Of a stretch of 53,520 bases of DNA, positions 9,349 through 19,346 are shown one piece after another; positions within the stretch are counted from its first letter, which is position 1; every line of letters begins with the position of its first letter. The DNA is from Pseudomonadota bacterium. Lineage in GTDB: Bacteria > Bdellovibrionota_B > Oligoflexia > Oligoflexales > CAIMVM01. Below the pieces are notes generated by a model. The model worked only from the letters and a program-made list of their open reading frames with translations, was not told where the DNA came from and did no database searches. Made by a program: the position numbers and the translations under genes. The stretch spans positions 1-53,520 of the forward strand of contig JBAXBA010000015.1 of NCBI GenBank assembly GCA_037142195.1, written 5' to 3'.

Positions 9349-9753
9349 ATGGCTTTGTTTAAGACTTTAAAAAAGAATCTGACTGAAAAACCAACTCTTG
9401 ATGTTCAGCAAGAAGTAATGCGAGGACTTATCACTTCTAAACTTTATGCTCTACTTCAGGAATCAGGGCTCTCAAAAGCAGCCTTGGCTAGCAGGTTGAA
9501 TGTATCAAAGGCCGCAGTAACGGGCTGGTTAAGCGGCAACAGAAATTTTACCGTCGACACTCTGACTCAAATTGCCTATGTCTGTGATAAAACGCCTAAG
9601 ATTGATTTTGTACCGCTGAATTCTCGTCATGAAGCAACTCTTCATAGCATTTCAACATCGGGAACCTCTGTCTTTAAATCTAAGCATAGCCAGGGCGAAA
9701 ACAAGATAGTGACAGACACTTATTCCATCAAGATTGTGAGTAACAAAAATTGA
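9349..9753 (+). CDS. Xre-family HTH antitoxin (HigA-like) with a long C-terminal tail
   Basis: ESGLSKAALASRLNVSKAAVTGWLSGNRNFTVDTLTQIA is an Xre HTH, followed by a tail of about 45 aa rich in Ser/Thr/Lys. ATG 9349 follows an AAGGAG SD. Confidence 0.8.
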   Translation: MALFKTLKKNLTEKPTLDVQQEVMRGLITSKLYALLQESGLSKAALASRLNVSKAAVTGWLSGNRNFTVDTLTQIAYVCDKTPKIDFVPLNSRHEATLHSISTSGTSVFKSKHSQGENKIVTDTYSIKIVSNKN

Positions 9754-10193
9754 AGATTCTCGACTACATCGTTTGTGATGATATCAGATTTGAGCTTCGG
9801 TCGAAGTTTACTTTGGTGGGACTTTACCAAGACTCTATCAATATCGAGGCAGAACATCCAGATGACATAAAATGGCCAATAGGGCTTAGATTTGGGATTT
9901 TACTAAGGATTCTTACAGGTACTGATTTGCCGACAGAAAAAGAAAGTCATTTTAGATTTGAGTTAAAATACAATAACGAACAGGTTGGGATTTCAGAAGG
10001 TATCATTACTATAAATGATAAAAATTCTGTGGCGATTTCACTCCCTATGGGACCATTCCCTGTTAATATATATCAGCCAGGTACCTTCACCTTCTATCTT
10101 CGCTTCACCCAAGATGGCAAGGAAATAGTGCACCTAGAATCACCCTTCCCGTTCCCCGTCAGATTTCGTCAGATCCATAAATCGATTGGATGA
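9750..10193 (+). CDS. Uncharacterised beta-rich protein (DUF6941-like), coupled to the HTH gene
   Basis: TTGA start/stop overlap; N-terminal CDDIR.E..K.TLVG.Y motif and C-terminal PGTFTF strand, recalled as DUF6941-like (not verified). Confidence 0.6.
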   Translation: MKILDYIVCDDIRFELRSKFTLVGLYQDSINIEAEHPDDIKWPIGLRFGILLRILTGTDLPTEKESHFRFELKYNNEQVGISEGIITINDKNSVAISLPMGPFPVNIYQPGTFTFYLRFTQDGKEIVHLESPFPFPVRFRQIHKSIG

Positions 10194-10446
10194 CTGTCAT
10201 AAAGAATCTTTAAATCTCACAATAAGCGTAAGACAAAAAAGTCCTATTTTAGGTGATCAAGAAAACGCAGAATGGACTATAGGATGTAATTCCTGGAAAT
10301 TCCGGACTAGGACCCATGAAGTCTAAGATTTGATTAAGCCAAAAATGGATTTCTTCAAAGATCCCAATCGCTTTGACTTACCTAGCACCTTGACTTAAGA
10401 TGAAGCCTGTAGAGCTTCGGTTTACCTTAACCCATAAGGATAAGGC

Positions 10447-11688
10447 ATGAGACGCACCATCAAAAAGATTCCTTGGTTCTTTGGCTTTTTAATGGGTTTC
10501 GGCTCCCAAACGTCTCAAGCGATGTCTTGGAGTGAGCTCATGGAGAACACAAAGGTGAATTCACCTCTTTTGCAATCCCTTGAAGCGGAGCGCGCTGCCG
10601 CAAAGTATTCTCGTCTTGAGAAAACGTCGTCTTTTTTACCCGAAGTAGGTTTGAGTTTTCGAAATCAAACTCGCTTTTTTGAAGACTCTCGCGTTAACTC
10701 CCATGGGGTTTCCTTAGATATCACTCAAAATATTTACTCCGGTTTTAAAGACCAAATTTCCCTTGATATTTCGAAGATGAAAGAGGAAAAATTTGACTTT
10801 TCAGCCCAAAAGTCAAAAGCTGAGGTCTATGGAAAGCTTCTTTCTGAAGCAGCTCAGTATGTTTATTCTCGCGATTTGACAAAACTCAATGAAGAGATCG
10901 AAGAGAGACTCAGGCGTAACCTGAACTTGGTGCGGCTAAGATTTGATGTGGGAAGTGAAAACAAGGGGTCCGTATTATTGTCAGAAGCGAGTTTGAAGCA
11001 AGCTGTCCTAGATCTAAACGGAGCCAAAGATCTTTTAGCAGATTCAACCTCTAAACTCCAAGACTCGACGGGAATTGCAAGTATTTCTTCCTTCGACGGC
11101 AAATTACCGCTGATGAAACCCACTCAGTTAAAGCCTGCTCAGCCTGATGATCTCACAAGTCCCTCCCTCAAAGAACTGGAATTTGACGATCGGATCGCGC
11201 ATCTAGAAACCCGTTTGGTGACGTCTGGCTATTCGCCTCGCGTGGATCTTAAGGCTTCTAGAACTTTAATTTCCTCAGAGGAAAGCAACCGCTCGGAAAA
11301 GGGCTTAGTAGAACTTTCTGTGACGGTGCCCCTCTTTTCTGGACTGTCCACCGTCCATGCCACCAAAAGAGCTTTTGAAGAAGAAAGAGTGATTTCACTT
11401 CAGCGTAAAGACAAAGGAGATACTTTAAAAAATAGCTTTGCCAAGGTGATGCGGGATTGGAATTCCGCCTACGAGGCCCTTGGTGTTGCAGAAAGTTACG
11501 AGAAAGCCATGGTTCTAAGAACAGAGATTGCCCGTAAGAAATATTCCAACGGACTTTTGAGTTTCGAAGAATGGGAGAGAATTGAGCAAGATCTTATTCT
11601 TAAGCAAAAGGCGCTTCTTAGTGCCAGAAAAACGATTGCGGAAACACAAGCAACCTATCATCAGCTGACGGGACAGGGAGAGTTTTAA
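10447..11688 (+). CDS. TolC-family outer membrane efflux protein
   Basis: Signal peptide, FLPEV and YSPRV repeats, VPLFSG, RFDVG/KYSNGL; directly upstream of macAB. Confidence 0.88.
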   Translation: MRRTIKKIPWFFGFLMGFGSQTSQAMSWSELMENTKVNSPLLQSLEAERAAAKYSRLEKTSSFLPEVGLSFRNQTRFFEDSRVNSHGVSLDITQNIYSGFKDQISLDISKMKEEKFDFSAQKSKAEVYGKLLSEAAQYVYSRDLTKLNEEIEERLRRNLNLVRLRFDVGSENKGSVLLSEASLKQAVLDLNGAKDLLADSTSKLQDSTGIASISSFDGKLPLMKPTQLKPAQPDDLTSPSLKELEFDDRIAHLETRLVTSGYSPRVDLKASRTLISSEESNRSEKGLVELSVTVPLFSGLSTVHATKRAFEEERVISLQRKDKGDTLKNSFAKVMRDWNSAYEALGVAESYEKAMVLRTEIARKKYSNGLLSFEEWERIEQDLILKQKALLSARKTIAETQATYHQLTGQGEF

Positions 11689-12650
11689 TGTTAAAAATGA
11701 AGTCAAAGATTTTTTGGGTGCCACTTGTTGTTGTGGTTCTAGCAGGCTTAGTCTGGGTCTATTTCATCCCTTCAAAGCAAGCGGGGCCTGCCTACAGGGA
11801 GGTTCAATTGGAGCTTAAGGACATCACTTTGGAGGTGGAGGCCACAGGTACGGTGCAACCGGAAAATCGATTGGAAATCAAGCTTCCTGTCGCGGGTCGG
11901 ATCGAAGAGGTTATGGTAAGTGAAGGCACGAAAGTGAAAAAAGGCAGTGTCTTAGCCTGGATGAGTTCTTCCGAAAGAGCTGCTCTTTTAGATTCGGCAG
12001 CGTCTTTAGGCCCTGAAGAAGTGAAGCGTTGGAAAGACCTCTATAAAGCGACCCCTATCCTCTCCCCCATATTGGGCACTATTATTCTGCGTAAGGCAGA
12101 GCCGGGCCAGTCCTTTACTTTGCAAGATGCCATCATGGTGATCGCAGATAGACTCGTCATTAAAGCCACCATCGACGAAACCGATTTGGCGCAAGTGTCA
12201 AAAAATCAAGTAGCTCGGATTACCTTAGATGCCTATGCCAAAGAGCCTATCGGTGGTATCGTTACGGCCATTGCCTATGAAGCTGCAAAAGTAAATAATG
12301 TTACGACCTATCAAGTTTCCATAGCCCCAGATTCCACCCCAAATTTTATGCGTTCTGGCATGACCGCAAGCATTTCCTTCATCGGCGAAACCAAAACTAG
12401 AGTCAGCACCCTACCGACAGAAGCCATTCGATTTAAGGACGGAAAAAAATTAGTTTTAGCGGGAGATTTAAAAAAGCCTATTGAAAAAGAAATAACTACC
12501 GGAGTGACTAACGGCAAATATACAGAAATCCTAACTGGTATTAGTCCCGGAGAAGGAGTCTACCTGGAGAGCTTGGACTTAAATTCCAAAAGCGAAGGAA
12601 GTAATCCCTTTATGCCGTCGCGCTTCGGCGGCAAGAAACCCCAAAAATGA
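11688..12650 (+). CDS. macA: MacA-like periplasmic adaptor (membrane fusion protein)
   Basis: N-terminal TM helix, ATGTVQP, GRIEEV.V.EG..VKKG lipoyl motif, IDETD, MRSGMTA. Confidence 0.85.
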   Translation: MLKMKSKIFWVPLVVVVLAGLVWVYFIPSKQAGPAYREVQLELKDITLEVEATGTVQPENRLEIKLPVAGRIEEVMVSEGTKVKKGSVLAWMSSSERAALLDSAASLGPEEVKRWKDLYKATPILSPILGTIILRKAEPGQSFTLQDAIMVIADRLVIKATIDETDLAQVSKNQVARITLDAYAKEPIGGIVTAIAYEAAKVNNVTTYQVSIAPDSTPNFMRSGMTASISFIGETKTRVSTLPTEAIRFKDGKKLVLAGDLKKPIEKEITTGVTNGKYTEILTGISPGEGVYLESLDLNSKSEGSNPFMPSRFGGKKPQK

Positions 12651-14596
12651 TCCATATTAAGAATATAACAAAAACCTACCGCCTGGGCCAAACGGATGTT
12701 CATGCCCTCTCAGGAATATCTCTGACGATTGAACAGGGTGATTTCGTGGCCATTATGGGCCCTTCAGGAAGCGGCAAGTCGACTTTGGCACAAATCATCG
12801 GTCTCTTAGATTCCCCGACAAGTGGCTCCTTAATCGTTGCCGACAAGGAAGTTTCCGAACTCCCCGAAGAAGAGTTGGCCCTGATGCGGCGCCAGGAAGT
12901 CGGCTTTGTCTTTCAGCAGTTCAATCTCTTACCAAGAACCTCAGCACTTAAAAACATCGCCCTTCCTCTGTTTTATTCCAAAACCGGAAGTGAAGCGGAG
13001 CGCGCCTCAAGCCTTCTTGAGAAAGTAGGACTTAAGACAAGATCCCATCACACCCCAGCAGAGCTATCAGGAGGGCAACAGCAGAGAGTAGCTATTGCCA
13101 GGGCCCTTATCAACAGTCCTCGAGTCATCTTGGCTGATGAGCCCACGGGAAACCTAGACAGCCAAAGTGAAAAAGAAATTTTAGCTCTCCTTTCTGAGCT
13201 CAATCAGCAAGGCATTACCATCATCATGGTCACCCACGAGGATGAGATCGCTGAGATTGCTCACCGCGTCATTCGCATGCGAGATGGCAAAGTGGTTTCA
13301 GATATAAGAAATAGACCCCTTGCAGAACATGCTCCTTTCTCCCCTAAATCTTCTAAGGAATCAGCCCCCAAATCCCAGCCCATGAAAGATCTCTGGGAGC
13401 ATTTTGGGCAAGGGTTAAACAGTTTGCTCACCAATAAAATAAGGACCGCTCTCTCGGTGCTCGGGATTCTCATTGGGGTGGCTGCTGTGGTGGCGATGCT
13501 TGCCGTCGGACGTGGGGCTCAAAAATCCATTGAAACTCAACTGTCCTCCCTCGGCTCCAACCTCCTGGTCTTAAGGCAAGGATCCACCCGTGTCGCAGGC
13601 GTCTCCAGTGCAGCAGCCTCAACTTTAAATTTAAGTGATGTTGATGCTGTCTCCAAAGGCATTTATGGCATCAGTCGTGCCTCACCTGTCATTAACACCA
13701 AAGCTCAAGTGAGCTGGTCTGGAAAAAACTGGGCGACGAGCATTCAGGGAGTGGATTTGCCGTGGGAGCAAATTAGAAACTCAACTCCGCCCCAAGGCCG
13801 TTTTTTTACCGCTGAAGAAAATCAATCGCGAGAGCGTGTGGGCCTCGTGGGAGCCACGGTCGTCAAAGAACTGTTTGGGGGGAAAAACCCCATTGGCGAA
13901 ACCCTTAAGATCAACAAGATAAGCTTTCTCGTTATCGGCATATTACCCATTAAAGGAAACAGTGGATTTCGCGACAATGACGACCTTATCGTCATTCCTA
14001 TCAAAACCTCCATTTACCGCCTTTCAGGCTCTGAAAGAATTGACTCCATAGAAATCGAAGTCAGAAAAGTCGAAGATCTCGAACGAGTGGAAAACGATCT
14101 CTATGGCTTTATGAACGCCCGAAAAAATGTACCCGCTTCCCAAACTGAAAACGCATTCATGGTCAACAACTTGGCTAGCATTCGAGATACCTTCACTCAG
14201 ACTTCAAAAACCATGTCCATGCTCTTAGCAGCAATCGCTGCCATTTCGCTTCTAGTCGGCGGGATCGGCATCATGAACATCATGTTGGTCAGTGTAACGG
14301 AACGCACCAAGGAAATTGGGCTCAGAAAAGCCGTGGGAGCTTTTCCAAGCGATATCTTGATCCAATTTCTTGTGGAAAGCGTTGTTGTGAGTGCTTTAGG
14401 AGGGATTGCGGGCATCATCTTAGGAAGTCTCATCACTTTTGCTTTGGGGAAAATAACCGGTTGGGCTACAAGTGTGTCTTTTGACTCCATCGCCATCGCC
14501 CTAGTCTTTTCCTGTGGAATCGGCATTATCTTTGGCATTTATCCCGCCAAAAAAGCCTCTAAGCTCAGTCCGATTCAAGCCTTGCGCAGTGAGTAA
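12647..14596 (+). CDS. macB: MacB ABC exporter (fused ATPase and permease)
   Basis: GPSGSGKST, LSGGQQQRVAIARA, LVGGIGIMNIMLVSVTERTKEIGLRKAVGA, PAKKASKLSPIQALR. Confidence 0.92.
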   Translation: MIHIKNITKTYRLGQTDVHALSGISLTIEQGDFVAIMGPSGSGKSTLAQIIGLLDSPTSGSLIVADKEVSELPEEELALMRRQEVGFVFQQFNLLPRTSALKNIALPLFYSKTGSEAERASSLLEKVGLKTRSHHTPAELSGGQQQRVAIARALINSPRVILADEPTGNLDSQSEKEILALLSELNQQGITIIMVTHEDEIAEIAHRVIRMRDGKVVSDIRNRPLAEHAPFSPKSSKESAPKSQPMKDLWEHFGQGLNSLLTNKIRTALSVLGILIGVAAVVAMLAVGRGAQKSIETQLSSLGSNLLVLRQGSTRVAGVSSAAASTLNLSDVDAVSKGIYGISRASPVINTKAQVSWSGKNWATSIQGVDLPWEQIRNSTPPQGRFFTAEENQSRERVGLVGATVVKELFGGKNPIGETLKINKISFLVIGILPIKGNSGFRDNDDLIVIPIKTSIYRLSGSERIDSIEIEVRKVEDLERVENDLYGFMNARKNVPASQTENAFMVNNLASIRDTFTQTSKTMSMLLAAIAAISLLVGGIGIMNIMLVSVTERTKEIGLRKAVGAFPSDILIQFLVESVVVSALGGIAGIILGSLITFALGKITGWATSVSFDSIAIALVFSCGIGIIFGIYPAKKASKLSPIQALRSE

Positions 14597-14636
14597 CCTA
14601 AAATAGAATTCTGAGTTTCAAAAAAACATCTCTAGA

Positions 14637-14660
14637 TAAAAGCCCCCTTCCGGGCTTTTA
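14637..14660. terminator. Bidirectional intrinsic terminator between macB and the ABC-F gene
   Basis: TAAAAGCCC-ccttcc-GGGCTTTTA, with A/T tracts on both sides. Confidence 0.7.
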
Positions 14661-16256
14661 TTACTGGAGTTCGCCGTAAATATATTGATCGTAAGTTCCT
14701 TCTAAAACCCTGACTTTACCTGAAGCGGAAAAATCAATTAACTTAGAAGCGACCGTCTGGGCAAATTCATGATCATGGGTGGAAAATAAAATCGTGCCTG
14801 GAAACGAAGTCAAAGCTCGGTTAACAGCCGTTATGGACTCGAGATCAAGATGGTTTGTAGGGCCGTCCAGAAGAAGGACATTTGCTTTTTTAAGCATCAT
14901 CTTGGCAAGAAGACTTCTGACTTTTTCCCCTCCAGATAAAACGGAGGATCTTTTTAAAGTCTCGTCTCCCGAAAACAACATGCGTCCTAAAAACGATCTG
15001 ATAAAGCTTTCCGTTTGATCATCGGAATATTGCCTAAGCCAGTCGATTAAAGAGAGATCAAGTCCATCAAAAAACACGTTCTGATCCTTGGGAAGATAGG
15101 ATCTTGTTGTCGTAACTCCCCACCGAGCCTGGCCACTATCTGGTTGCATGTTTCCAGCAAGAATCTCAAAAAGAGTGGTTTTCGCCACTTCACCTGCCCC
15201 AACAAACAAAACCTTATCACCTTTAGCCAAGTCAAAACTGACATTATCAAGAATAAGTTCATCGCCTATTCTTTTGGTAATATTTTTCACTTCTAAAAGG
15301 ATATCACCAGCTTCTCGATCTTGTTCAAAATGAACATAGGGACGTTTCCTAGTGGAAATGGGAATATCATCAATAGTCAATTTCTCAAGCTGCTTGCGCC
15401 TAGAAGTCGCTTGACGAGATTTTGACGCATTGGCACTAAAGCGGCGAATAAAAGCTTCTAGCTCTTTAGATTTTTCTTCTTTCTTCTTATTTTCATTCCC
15501 TGCAAGTCGAGCCGCCAGCTGACTGGACTCATCCCAAAAGTCATAATTCCCAACGAATAGCTTTATCTTTCCGTAATCGATATCGACCATATGGGTGCAA
15601 ACTCGATTCATAAAATGTCTATCGTGAGAAACCACAATTACCGTGTTGTCAAAATCCAAAAGAAAGTTTTCAAGCCAAAGAATTGCTTTGGAGTCCAAGT
15701 GGTTGGTGGGTTCGTCAAGTAGTAGAACATCAGGCTTACCAAAAAGAGCTTGAGCCAATAAGACCTTCACCTTTTGATCATCTTTAAGTTCCGACATAAG
15801 CTTAGAATGGAGCTCTTGCGGAAGTCCGATACCGGACAAAAGCGAGGCCGCATGGGCTTCTGCCTCCCAACCGTTAAGCTCTGAAAACCTTCTCTCTAAC
15901 TCTGCCGCTGCTACACCATCTGCATCTGAAAAATCTTCTTTTGCATAGAGGGCGTCTTTATCTTTCATGATCTGAACTAATTCTTTATGTCCCAGAATGA
16001 CCGTCTCTAAAACTTGAACCCCGTCAAACTGAAAGTGATCTTGTTTAAGGACCGACAAATTAAGATCCGGCGCTAGGTTCACACTCCCTGAAGTCGGCTC
16101 AATCTCCCCGGATAGAATCTTAATTAAAGAAGATTTACCGGCTCCATTAGCTCCAATCACCCCATAACAGTTTCCAGGAGTGAACTTTATATCCACGCTG
16201 TCAAATAGTTTTCTTCCACCAAGATACTGTAACGAAAGTCCTGAGACACTAATCAT
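14661..16256 (-). CDS. ABC-F family ribosome-associated ATPase (YbiT/YkpA-like)
   Basis: Two NBDs without TM segments, GANGAGKS, LLLDEPTNHLD, linker RFSANASKSRQATSR, LSGGEK. Start set at ATG 16256 (MISVSG). Confidence 0.9.
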   Translation of the reverse strand: MISVSGLSLQYLGGRKLFDSVDIKFTPGNCYGVIGANGAGKSSLIKILSGEIEPTSGSVNLAPDLNLSVLKQDHFQFDGVQVLETVILGHKELVQIMKDKDALYAKEDFSDADGVAAAELERRFSELNGWEAEAHAASLLSGIGLPQELHSKLMSELKDDQKVKVLLAQALFGKPDVLLLDEPTNHLDSKAILWLENFLLDFDNTVIVVSHDRHFMNRVCTHMVDIDYGKIKLFVGNYDFWDESSQLAARLAGNENKKKEEKSKELEAFIRRFSANASKSRQATSRRKQLEKLTIDDIPISTRKRPYVHFEQDREAGDILLEVKNITKRIGDELILDNVSFDLAKGDKVLFVGAGEVAKTTLFEILAGNMQPDSGQARWGVTTTRSYLPKDQNVFFDGLDLSLIDWLRQYSDDQTESFIRSFLGRMLFSGDETLKRSSVLSGGEKVRSLLAKMMLKKANVLLLDGPTNHLDLESITAVNRALTSFPGTILFSTHDHEFAQTVASKLIDFSASGKVRVLEGTYDQYIYGELQ

Positions 16257-16948
16257 ATTTATGTTTCCAATCCCATTTGCATCAAAGATCCGAGCAAGCA
16301 GACCTAGATACACTAAATTTCTTGGACAATCTAATGTGAAAAATCATTTTTTAAGACCCTAAAATCTGGGTCCCAACAGGCAAAATCATGCCATATGTAC
16401 CTAAAATCATGAATAAATATGATTTGCGGCGGCTCTCGCGGCAAATCCCTTTCTTCAAAGAAGGCCCCAAAACACCAAAAATAAGTCCCTCTTACGGTTA
16501 TAAATCAGGCAAGCCTAGAGCTAAAAAGACCAAAGAACTCAGAAACCTAGCGTAAGTTCTACCTGAGGAGCGTCTATTCAGGTTCATTCCACAAATAAAA
16601 AGTATCGAAAACCGCTACATGAAACTTACGAGGTGGTAGATGTGCTAGTCGCCTAGCAGCACCCCCAATGAGAACCCGTCGTCCCCTACTAAGGCAACCG
16701 GCTCCTGATCAAATCATTTGCTTGTCTGTAACATCAATAGTTTGTGATGAGTTATGACTTTGGGTTTCTTTGGTGCGATCGCAATAGTAAAGGCCCTCTG
16801 TACCATGACCACCAAAGTCAACAATCACAGACAAGCCCTCCAGCGTAAGAAGTTTACACATAACCACTATACCGTCAAACGTAAAGTCGGTAGGAAATTC
16901 AAGCCTCTTTCCTCAGGATTTCCATTTCCTGAAAGCATTTGTCGCATC

Positions 16949-16989
16949 TTTAGTTAATTGTAGCGTTTTGAAACCCAAGAAAGCTGTGG
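16949..16989. repeat. Dispersed repeat, copy of 21125-21175
   Basis: 20-nt exact match TTTAGTTAATTGTAGCGTTT, then 18/21 identity after a 10-nt indel. Confidence 0.75.
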
Positions 16990-17280
16990 TTGCCTATCCT
17001 TTAAAATTTCTAATTAACTTTCTAAAATGTCTAACCTGCTTCAGCACTCAAGGATTCCCGATAAAAAAGCGCACAAGAACTTTTAAAAATGACCTTTGAA
17101 CGACAGCGCGTGAGCACAAAAAGTCTGCTCAAAAGGCATCTACAGCTCCAAGCCCCAGCCAGAAATCTACCTAACCTATGAGTACGCGGGAGAAAATGGC
17201 ACATAATAAAAAAATCAATTACAATATCCAGATTCCGTGGGAAGACTCTGGTGAAATTAGGTCACATAGGAGGGCTATTT

Positions 17281-18627
17281 TTGAGGCCAATAATAAGATA
17301 TTTTGTTTCTATTTGTGTTTTGTTCAAAATGGGCACTTCTCTGGGGATTCAGGAACCCTACTCGCTTCGTCTGGATTTGCCTATTCTGGACATGCCATCT
17401 AACACTCAAAATAGCATCACATTTCCTTCCATGAATCAGTCCCTCGCCATCTCTCGCTCCTATTATGATGTGGTTCATTTGGGCTTGGCCCAATTCGATA
17501 ACATAAATCCCCGGGCTGAAGGTTGGAATGGATTTTTTAGCCGTTTAACTTATGCGGCCGTTGATATTTTTTCTTTCTACATTCCAGGAGGCAACGGTTG
17601 GTTGCATGAAGAGTGGCATCGAGCGGTCATGTCCAAGCATGGAATTTCCAGTTACAATGATATTTACAGGCTGAACTTCTTCTCACCTGTCGTAGCCGTT
17701 AGTCATGTAACGGATGAGGAGCTAGCAAAATTAAAAGAGCAAAATCCTGAGGATCAGGTCCGCCTAGCTGCTGCAGGTATGGAAGCTGAGCACTCCCTCG
17801 CACAGGATTTGGAAAGAGATCTTTTTTTCAGAGGAAATACATCCTATCGGACTACCCTTCTCTGGTTTCTTCAAATTAGCCCCGCCCAGTATTTGGCCAC
17901 ATGTGCTAGCACAAAAGCCGATGAAAGCACTGAGGAGGGCAACCAAGCAGATGGGGCTTCCATAAAGAAGCGAGATTTTATCGGACTTGACTGCAACGGC
18001 TGGATCCGAGATCTCAGTCGCCCCAAAGAACCCTATGCTGATCGGGGAGCTCATCCTTCCGGAGTTGGTGTGGATCGCTATACGACTTATTCCGAGCTGT
18101 CGCCCACGGAAAAAAAATACTTGAGGTTGAGTCGAAATTTTTCCCTGCTTAATTTTGTTGACCCATTTTTATTTAATAAGACAGAGTTTAGGGGGGCGGG
18201 TATATGGGTCGAAAATGGCGCAAGTTATAATTTCAAGCTTAGGCACGATTTGGCCTCATTTGGCAATAGTCTATCTGGGCAATTTTTCTATAAAAATTCG
18301 GCGCTTAAAACTCACAGCTCTCTTTTTGCATTTCACAATAGAAACCATTGGTTTCCTGGCCTTGAGGTGGAACTAGTGGAAATGCCAATAGGATCAGATT
18401 GGGACTTGGGAATACGAGGGCAAATTTGGAAACAGCCCAAAGACTTTTTATTCGATACTAGTTCAGGGACACTCGGCGGCTTAGCGGGTGTAAAAATCGC
18501 CTATAAAGGCTTCGACAGAGTGAACCCATATTTCAACGTCATCGGAAAGACAAGAGGCTGGGTTTCAGGAATTGTTGATCAGGAGCGAAATTTGGAAAGC
18601 ATTATTGGCTTGGTGGCTACCTATTGA
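17281..18627 (+). CDS. Exported, probably outer-membrane protein with an HExxH zinc-binding motif
   Basis: TTG start behind AGGAGG, signal-like N-terminus, WLHEEWHRAVM, AAAGMEAE, C-terminal alternating amphipathic strands ending in Tyr. Confidence 0.7.
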   Translation: MRPIIRYFVSICVLFKMGTSLGIQEPYSLRLDLPILDMPSNTQNSITFPSMNQSLAISRSYYDVVHLGLAQFDNINPRAEGWNGFFSRLTYAAVDIFSFYIPGGNGWLHEEWHRAVMSKHGISSYNDIYRLNFFSPVVAVSHVTDEELAKLKEQNPEDQVRLAAAGMEAEHSLAQDLERDLFFRGNTSYRTTLLWFLQISPAQYLATCASTKADESTEEGNQADGASIKKRDFIGLDCNGWIRDLSRPKEPYADRGAHPSGVGVDRYTTYSELSPTEKKYLRLSRNFSLLNFVDPFLFNKTEFRGAGIWVENGASYNFKLRHDLASFGNSLSGQFFYKNSALKTHSSLFAFHNRNHWFPGLEVELVEMPIGSDWDLGIRGQIWKQPKDFLFDTSSGTLGGLAGVKIAYKGFDRVNPYFNVIGKTRGWVSGIVDQERNLESIIGLVATY

Positions 18628-18974
18628 AATCTAGAAAGTAGAACTCAAATTTATTTTCCATAGCTAATGTAGAAAGCTGGCCTTAGCTAAGCTACATAGT
18701 TGGGGTAAAATGGAAGCTATTTTAAAAGTCCTGAAATGCCCTTGCAAAAGCGTGAGCTATTCTTCAATCTCCAACTGTCGGTGTGGAGACTTTTCATTAC
18801 ATTCCATGCCAAGATCTTGTAATGCCGTGAGGCCTATCTTAAGTCTATTGAGCAAAAAAAGTCTCATTCACCCAAATGTTAGATCACTATCAGCTGATGT
18901 CACATTTTAGAGCTATTAAACCAAATACGAAAACAACTTTTAAAGATTTCAGCCCAGCTATCTGGTGCTCAAGA

Positions 18975-19346
18975 TCAATACCCGAGTAGATATGCGCCAT
19001 AAACTAGAGCCAAGAGGGCGTCGCCGCCCGCAATGATGAGTGCAATCGGTTTGGTTCTGAGCGGGCTCAAAAAAATGCAGATGCACAACAAAAGCTTTTC
19101 GACGATTGCAGCAACTACAATTGGAACCTTTAATTCGGGATGACTGGCAGACCAAAAAAGTAGGAGACCAAAACAGAAGACAAGGATGCCCCAATGCCTG
19201 ACAAAAAGAAGAGCAGGATTTCCGTTCATCTCAATGCTAAAGGCTTTTTTTAAAACAAACTCCGGGAAAAAAAATAGCGCTACCATGCCCGCAGTTAAGA
19301 CACCTGAAATTTTCAGTATCAAGTCGAAATGTTCGGCAATCACCAT
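18975..19346 (-). CDS. Small four-TM membrane protein of unknown function
   Basis: AAGGAG SD, four hydrophobic segments, RHWG motif. Confidence 0.75.
   Translation of the reverse strand: MVIAEHFDLILKISGVLTAGMVALFFFPEFVLKKAFSIEMNGNPALLFVRHWGILVFCFGLLLFWSASHPELKVPIVVAAIVEKLLLCICIFLSPLRTKPIALIIAGGDALLALVYGAYLLGY

Noticed and set aside
16380..16950. Possible pseudogene or ORF 16754-16957 in the long intergenic stretch
   Set aside because: Short frames are interrupted by stops and I could not recognise any family.
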